Shown one piece after another: positions 57,564 through 64,000 of a stretch of 64,000 bases of DNA. The stretch lies in contig OZ025719.1 of the NCBI GenBank assembly GCA_964019335.1, positions 124,001-188,000 on the forward strand, in the 5' to 3' direction. Positions within the stretch are counted from its first letter, which is position 1, and each line of letters begins with the position of its first letter. Source of the stretch: Diplonema japonicum (Eukaryota > Protista > Euglenozoa: Diplonemea). The notes beneath the pieces were generated by a model. The model did no database searches. It had not been told where the DNA came from and saw only the letters and a program-made list of their open reading frames with translations. The position numbers and the translations under genes were made by a program.

Positions 57564-58309
57564 ATGAGCGGGAGGGGCTGCAGCCAAAAGCCTGTAATGT
57601 CCATGTGTTCCCCAAACATGCGAGGGAGCGCGGCGGCCACAGCAGGTGGGGGGCCTCCAAGCCCCGGAGTAGGGAGGAAAGGCGCATCCATGTCACCAGG
57701 GGGGTACGGGAGAAAAGGCTCAGGCACACCAACACACCGGGATAAGAGGAGAGACGGAGGAGGAAGCCCTGGGGGAATGCACCATAAAGGAGGTAAGGGC
57801 CAGCCTAGGAGCCCTGCCGCAGCCTTCGTGCACGGCGGCTGGCTGTACGGAGGAGGGATGAACAGAAAGCTGAGACGGGCGATTCTCTTTAGCAACTCAC
57901 TAACAGAGGTCGTTGAAGGCGTCTCTAGGGTGTGGGTGGGGCAGCATGTCCCTGACGGTTCAGTTAGTGAGGACGCAGTTGCCACAGCTTTAAAGGTACC
58001 GCCACCGCCCCCACCGCTTGCCACACCGGCTCCTACTCCTACGTCCAGCACCAACTCCATGGGGCTCACACCTACAACTAACAATAGTACTTCTTCTCCT
58101 ACGCAGATTTTCTGGGGTGCTGCAGTGCGTGAGCCGACGTGGGCTACGCAGATGCCGGAGCCTGAGTTTACGTTTACGGCTGCTGTTCCGCCGCCAAGCC
58201 CGCCTGGGGAGCCGTTGTTGAACCTGCCTCCTCCTACGTTCGATGTGCTTGGGCCGTCTCCCGATCAGTTGGTGTTGAGCCCTTTGTTGGCTACGCTCAA
58301 TGCGGTGTG

Positions 58310-58316
<7 letters not shown>
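57564..58316 (+). CDS. Hypothetical low-complexity (G/P/S-rich) protein
   Basis: 250-aa ATG ORF that fills a homopolymer-free island; repeated SPG motifs. Confidence 0.6.
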
Positions 58317-58341
<25 letters not shown>

Positions 58342-58441
58342 TGCAGATGGAATTCAGTACATTGAGCACCACCCCTACCACCAACGAACTCTCTGCATTG
58401 CCGCTGTCATCGAGGAGGCAGTTGTGCCGGGCGAGGTGTGT

Positions 58442-58491
<50 letters not shown>

Positions 58492-58626
58492 AAATTTTAT
58501 ATTATACAACAGTGATGACTTCGCTCCTAGGCCGCTGGACCCCGGGCTTTTGCAAACCTTTGCGTAAAAGGGTAACAAAGAAACAAAAAAGAAAAAGAAG
58601 AAGAAGAGCAGAAAGTTATAAAACAC

Positions 58627-58658
<32 letters not shown>

Positions 58659-59263
58659 GAAATAAAAAAAAAATTGGGGGGAAAGAAAAAAAAGTGGGAG
58701 AGAAACAAAAAAAAGATGGAAGAGGTGGCTCCATCAACACCCCCCCCCCCCCCCCCCCCCCCTTCCTCATCCTCCTTTTGTCCCCTTTGAACGAGCGACT
58801 TTTTCTTTCTTTCATTGTTCTTTCTTATTCTTTTCCACCGGTATTTAGGGTGTAGAAGAATACAAAATACAAGTCACACCACACACACACAATTTAACCA
58901 CAATTGAATTGGCCTAATTGGACTTGTCTAACCAAAAGGGAGCCTTGGCAACAAGTTTACTACAGGTTAGAAACTTCTTCAGGTTTCTGCCAGCGGCACG
59001 TACAACCAACCAGCCCCTTATACTCATAGAGAGGCACAACCAAAGTAGTTACAGCTGCAGCCATTCGATTTCTTTGATTTCAGTATTTACGATTCCAGTG
59101 CCTCCACTTTTTTTTTTTTTTCCCCTTCTTTTTTTCGAAGGAAAAAAAAAATATCTATTTTTGAGTAGACATGGTTTCTGTCTTTTACCATATTGCTGTT
59201 GAGATACACTGTGGCCGACGGTCTCTCTCCATCAGTAAAACCAGATTTTTTTTTTTTTTTTTT

Positions 59264-60423
59264 CAAGACCGGGGCGCAGACCCACGCACGAACGACCTGT
59301 GGCGAGAGCTGATGAGACTCGGACCACAAGGAGCAATGGCAGCGAGAGACCTCCGGAGGAACGTGGCGGGAGGGGTTTTCTACACCCACCCAAAGGCGTG
59401 GTACCAGGACAAAATCACCAGACGGGTACCACCCCCAGAGGGCGAGCAGAGCGAAAGCGAGGACAGCTCGGAAGAGGAAGGGGACGAGACACACGAGCGT
59501 GTGAACAAGAGACCAACAACAGACGAAGTCACATGCGACGCGTGCGGTGCGGAGGAGGACGAGAGCAACATGCTGCGACACGCATTATGGGAATGCAGTG
59601 TGGCGAAGGAGGTGCAACAGAAGGAAGTACATGCAGAAGTAGTGGCCAGCAAGACGGAAATGCCAATCTGCATGCAGCTACATGGAACGCTCCCGCGTGG
59701 TCACCGAACACACCAACACCGGCTGAGGAAGACGCAATACTACCTGCTGGAAGTGGTGGCAAAACGGGACCAGCTTCTCCAGGACAAGAGAAAGCTAGAA
59801 ACGTACACGACGCACCCCTGGGAACAGGTAACGGAAGGAAACGCTCATGCGCCACCTGAATGGAAGGAGCTGAGGAAGCATGTGAGCGGGAGCCTGATGA
59901 TGAAGCACGGTGAAGACATCGTCAAGTGGCTCAAAAAGCTGAAGTGGTACGATGGACCGAGGAAGACGACAGTCACCACAATGGAACTCGTACTAGACTT
60001 CGAGAACACGCTGGGCGTCGAGCCGATCACGGGGAAGAAGGGTGATCTAGACATGATACAGAAGAAAGCGCGGAGTTTCCACGGCCTCCTGGAAAGAATC
60101 CAAGAGGGGTGGGACACAGCACGCATACAGAAGAAGGTCAGAGGCAAGCGGATCTTCCCAGCGGAGAGCCAGAAGAACCACGCGCTTAGAACCATAGGTG
60201 CGAAGAAGAGTCTGGGATGGAACAGAAGGCCAGTTTTTGCATCAGAGAAAACCAAGAAGGACCTTAAGAAACTGGGCAGAAAGTGGCAAGAAGAAAGGGA
60301 GGATACTTTGAGGAAGGCAACACAGCCAAAAAAGAAAGAAAGGCCGAGGCCCCAGAAGGGAGAAAGGGGTAGATAAGTAGAGACAAGGGGGACGTTCCAA
60401 AACAGGAACCTCCTTTATCTCAT

Positions 60424-60426
<3 letters not shown>
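59264..60426 (+). mobile_element. 5'-truncated non-LTR retrotransposon (family A), longest copy
   Basis: Open frame to TAG 60374-60376 with a CCHC-type knuckle CDACGAEED...RHALWEC typical of the post-RT region of non-LTR ORF2; T-runs at 59246-59263 and 60427-60454. Confidence 0.8.
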
Positions 60427-60454
<28 letters not shown>

Positions 60455-61652
60455 GCATGAGGGGAGGGAGGGGAAAAAAAAACCTCCTTTTTTTTCTTCT
60501 TTACTTTGAAGGTAAAGAAAGAAAACTAGGAGGGAAAAAAAAAGGAAAAAGAAAACTCGGGGGGGATCAAAAAAAGAATATAGGTTGTTAAACAACCTCC
60601 CCCCCCCCCCCCCCTCCCCTCACTTTGTTCCTTCCCTTTCGCTCTCCTTTCCCTGCAAGCCTTCGCAAATTTTCAAACCTATCCCGCTCGTAGATCTGGC
60701 TATTACCAACATATTTATTCCTAGTGTATTCCCTTCCCCTTTATCCCCCCCCCCCCTCTTTCTCCCTCTCTGGCGACACCACAGACAATGGAGCCACGGG
60801 TTCCCCACCGAGAAACAGTGTGCACCCAGCACACTGAAAAATTTTATCGGGGGGGGTTTTTTTTCTTTTAGGCGTCCTGCCACATACCGCAGGTACCCTT
60901 AAATGTCTCTTTTTTTTTTTGATTCTTTTGCAAAAAAAAAAATCTAGGTGGTTTCCCGTCTTAGTGCTTTTTCATGTGTTTTACACCCCCTCACTCGTCA
61001 TGTCACTCGATGATGTGTCAATTGCAAATCTGGTCCAAGTACAGCGAGTGACTCAAATGACGAAGGGGGTGTTAAACAAGCTAACAAAGGTGAATGAGAA
61101 TGTTACTATTGGGAAGAGCAGGTTGGCGGGGAAAAAAAAAAAAAAAAAAAAAAAAGAAGGAAGCAAAAAAAAAAAAGTACTGACTCATTGCACGCGCGGC
61201 ACATAGCGTTTAAATGAATGCACGACCTTTGCATAACATTATTTTTGTTGGTTAATAGAATACTGTACAGTGAAAGTGAATTTAAAAAAAAAAAAAAAAA
61301 AAAAAAAGAAAGAAAAAATGACATTTTTTTCGTTCTTTTTTTTTTTTTTTTTTTCTTCTCGCTTAACAGTGCTGCAAAACGAGAATGAACCTTCGGCATG
61401 AAAAAAAAAGTTTCACTTTTCACTTGACGGAGATTTCGTTTCACAGTATTTATATCTTGAGTATGACTGTCTGCCTCTTCCCCCCCCTTTTTTTTTCTTT
61501 TTTTTTTGCAGGGGCGGGCGTGCGGGTTTTTTTTCAAAATCTCGTAACTTGATTATCTTCAGACCAACTTTTTGTATTTTGACGGCCCATATCTCTAAAC
61601 CAGCCAATCAGGCTTTGGAGATAACCATCTAAAAATTCCTAATTTTGCATGC

Positions 61653-61763
61653 GATACCACGACGGGCCTAAGGCACTACCACGACAGAAGGGATCAAACA
61701 CTAGATGAGTTGATTGTCGTTAGGCGATCCTGTCACATACTGCAGGTTACCTTCAAAGACATC
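61653..61763 (+). mobile_element. 3' end of non-LTR family C
   Basis: Near-identical to 4990-5099 and followed by a T-run. Confidence 0.75.
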
Positions 61764-62611
61764 TTTTTTTTTTTTTATCTTTCATTTTTTTTTGTTTGTT
61801 TATCAATTTCTTTTTTTTACCCCCCCCTCCCCAAAGAACGAACTCCTGAAGAAGGAACCGAAAGAAAAAAAAAAAAAAAAACCCACAGCATATTTTTTTT
61901 ATTTTTGGAATAAAAAAAAGGGAGGGAAAGAGGGGGGGGGGGGGGGAACGAAAGAAAAAATGGTTTCATCAATTATTTTTTTATCTTGTACACTTTTGTT
62001 GCCGAGAAAAGGATTTTGCTTCATATTAGGTTTTTTTTTTCTTTTTTTTTTCTTTTTGTTTCTCCCCCTTCCTCGAGCGAAAAACCAAAAGAAGAAGAAA
62101 AAGAAAAGAAGAAAAAAAGAGAGAAATTTCAAAACTATTAAATATGTGAGTCTTAAAATACCGAAAAGAAACCCTAGAAAGGGGGAGAAGAAAAAATTGA
62201 AAGTCGCTTGCAAAAGTGCAACGGAGAAATGGGGGGGGGGGGGGGGGGGTATGGAAATGGAAAAAAAAACCTTCAATTTTTGATTTGTCATTTCTTTTTT
62301 TTTTTTTTTTAATGCTATCTCTCATTCTTTCCTAGAAGTATGTATTTTCTTTTTTTTTGTTGTTTATTTTCTATTTTTCTTTCCGCAACGCAGAATGAAA
62401 GGGGGCAATATAAAAAGATCTTTAAAAAAATACCCCAAGGCTAGGGCAGAATCACGCCCAAGAGTCTTTAAAAACAGTGTCCCCCCCCTCCCATCTTTTT
62501 TCCTTTTTTTTCTTTTTTTTTTTTACGTTTGGCACAAATTAAGTAATATAGTTGGATACATTAGGGGGTTCAAAATCATCCAGAAAAAAAAAAAGAATAA
62601 AAAAAAGAATA

Positions 62612-62701
62612 CTGTAAAACGGATAATATCGGACGGAAAACTCCCGGACGCCGAAAAAAAAACCCGGACATTTTTCCGTCCGGGAGTTTTTCGTTTTACA
62701 G
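62612..62701. mobile_element. 90-bp miniature pogo-like element
   Basis: TA|CTGTAAAACG...CGTTTTACAG|TA; consists of the left end of 6635-8158 joined to its right end. Confidence 0.8.
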
Positions 62702-62797
62702 TAATAAGAAAAAAATATAATGAGGAAAACGTTTCTTGATTCGCACCCACAAGAACTATAAGAATTTTTTTTTTTTTTTTTTTTTTTTGAAGAAGGG

Positions 62798-62831
<34 letters not shown>

Positions 62832-63022
62832 TACCACCCACCCCCCCCCTTTTCCCCACCAGATTTTCAACGAAACCCCTTTTCCCTTTTCCCCTTTCCC
62901 GTCGCTTCCTTCTCACCCACTGCTGCTGATTTTTTTTTTCTTTTTTTCCGTTTCAATTTTTTACACTTTCTATACAATAAAAAAAAAGGGGGGGAGTGGT
63001 GATATGAAATTAAAATATTAAC

Positions 63023-63403
63023 ATGAGCAACATAGAGAATGCAGCGAAAATCCTGGCAGAATCTCTATGCGGAGCCACAAGCCTTATAAATGAACGGCTG
63101 AAGGAGGACAAGACCATGACCGTGGTACAGGAAATACTAAGGTTGAGCGAAGTGGCTGCCACCCACTATAGAAGAGAAATAGAGTTATTGCAGCGGCGTG
63201 TGAACCTGCTAGAGACAGCCACAACTAAGTGCCCAACTTGCGAGAACAACAAAAGAGCTGCCTCTATGGCAGCGAAGAGAGAACTCTCGTTGATCGACGA
63301 ACAGCACGAAGCAGCAACCAGACGCCCTTCAGGCTCTATGGGACCATGGAACTCACAAGAGGCACCACCAGCGCAAAAAAAACGGAAAAAAAAAAGAACG
63401 TAG
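63023..63403 (+). CDS. Small hypothetical coiled-coil protein with CPTC and a basic C-terminus
   Basis: 126-aa ATG ORF in a coding-like island. Confidence 0.55.
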   Translation: MSNIENAAKILAESLCGATSLINERLKEDKTMTVVQEILRLSEVAATHYRREIELLQRRVNLLETATTKCPTCENNKRAASMAAKRELSLIDEQHEAATRRPSGSMGPWNSQEAPPAQKKRKKKRT

Positions 63404-63449
63404 AATTTTTTTTTTTTTTTTTTTTTTTTTTTTCCCCTCCCGGGTTCCC

Positions 63450-63485
<36 letters not shown>

Positions 63486-63496
63486 AAAAGGTAAAC

Positions 63497-64000
63497 ATGC
63501 CGCAAGATATTGCAGTTCTCATTGACGGGGCATACTGGCTGAAACGGCATCGCCCAGCAGAAGGGGACAATGTAGCAGGCATGTTGAGGGCGAATGTAAA
63601 AGAAATCGAGTCCCGGCTGAACAGCGAGGTGGCACACATAACGGTGGTGGACTCAGATCCCATGGAGTACGTCGTTGAAGCCGTGAACGAAGGAGTGACG
63701 TCCGGCGAACAACTCGTCGATCTGCAACACCGGCAGGAAAAAAAAGCTGAGGAGTACGAGGACGTGATAAGGGAGTTCGGAATAAACAAAATCGACGTGA
63801 AGCTCTTCGGGTACAAATACCAACTAACAAGGCTAATCCATCCTGCTTGGGACAAAGACAAACGGTGCAGCTACTCATACATCTCAGGCCTCGCACAACG
63901 AGGAGCAGATGTGGGTTTCGCCGTGCGTGCGTTGGAGTACTCTTCTGGGTGCTACCGTCCCCCGAATGCCACAAAACCTTTGAAAATAGCCAGTGTTGTG
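63497..64000 (+). CDS. NYN (LabA/DUF88, PIN-like) domain protein; frameshifted near the start and truncated by the window edge
   Basis: MPQDIAVLIDG, then with one G added at 63527-63529 the frame continues AYWLKR... open to the end, including QRGADVGFAV (NYN motifs hhIDGxY and QKGVDh). Confidence 0.65.
   Translation, partial: MPQDIAVLIDGAYWLKRHRPAEGDNVAGMLRANVKEIESRLNSEVAHITVVDSDPMEYVVEAVNEGVTSGEQLVDLQHRQEKKAEEYEDVIREFGINKIDVKLFGYKYQLTRLIHPAWDKDKRCSYSYISGLAQRGADVGFAVRALEYSSGCYRPPNATKPLKIASVV

Noticed and set aside
56740-58445. GC-balanced islets between A- and T-runs at 56740-56867 and 58341-58443 as additional poly(T) retroelement tips
   Set aside because: Each is single-copy in this window and shows no match to families A-E.
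61106-63002. Numerous poly-Lys/poly-Phe/poly-Gly ORFs here and across the spacers
   Set aside because: They arise from homopolymer tracts that lack stop codons. The ORF-track N-terminal extensions at 8437, 24523, 28999, 34052, 49905, 51218 and 55137 were trimmed for the same reason.

Overview
Eukaryotic nuclear DNA from a protist, probably a euglenozoan such as a diplonemid. This is an inference from the co-oriented genes, the HNPY-type motifs and the short GT-AG introns. Compact coding islands sit in spacers full of homopolymer runs and transposon remnants, and every credible host gene is on the + strand. The left half (2.6-35.3 kb) is a dispersed tandem array of one uncharacterised family: 7 intact-looking CDSs, 1 frameshifted copy and 1 probable N-terminal fragment. 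Members have two degenerate RRM-like domains, a conserved Y(L/V/A)(N/S)T(L/V)QT(SPKPYVF)H box and a variable tail. The tail usually carries an (H/W)(D/N/S)PY motif like the trypanosome MKT1-binding motif. Other genes are a divergent Atg3-like E2, a large motor-dead kinesin-like coiled-coil gene with six 35-61 nt introns, a UBA/polyQ class-V PLP-fold protein lacking the catalytic Lys, a disrupted ankyrin array, a protein with three CxxC-pair repeats, several hypotheticals and a frameshifted NYN-domain gene at the right edge. Mobile DNA includes non-LTR 3' fragments that consistently end in poly(T) on their coding strand, poly(A)-tailed inserts that hit the same ankyrin-repeat position three times, piggyBac, pogo, Crypton-like hairpin elements and MITEs. 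No rRNA, tRNA or CRISPR array was recognised.
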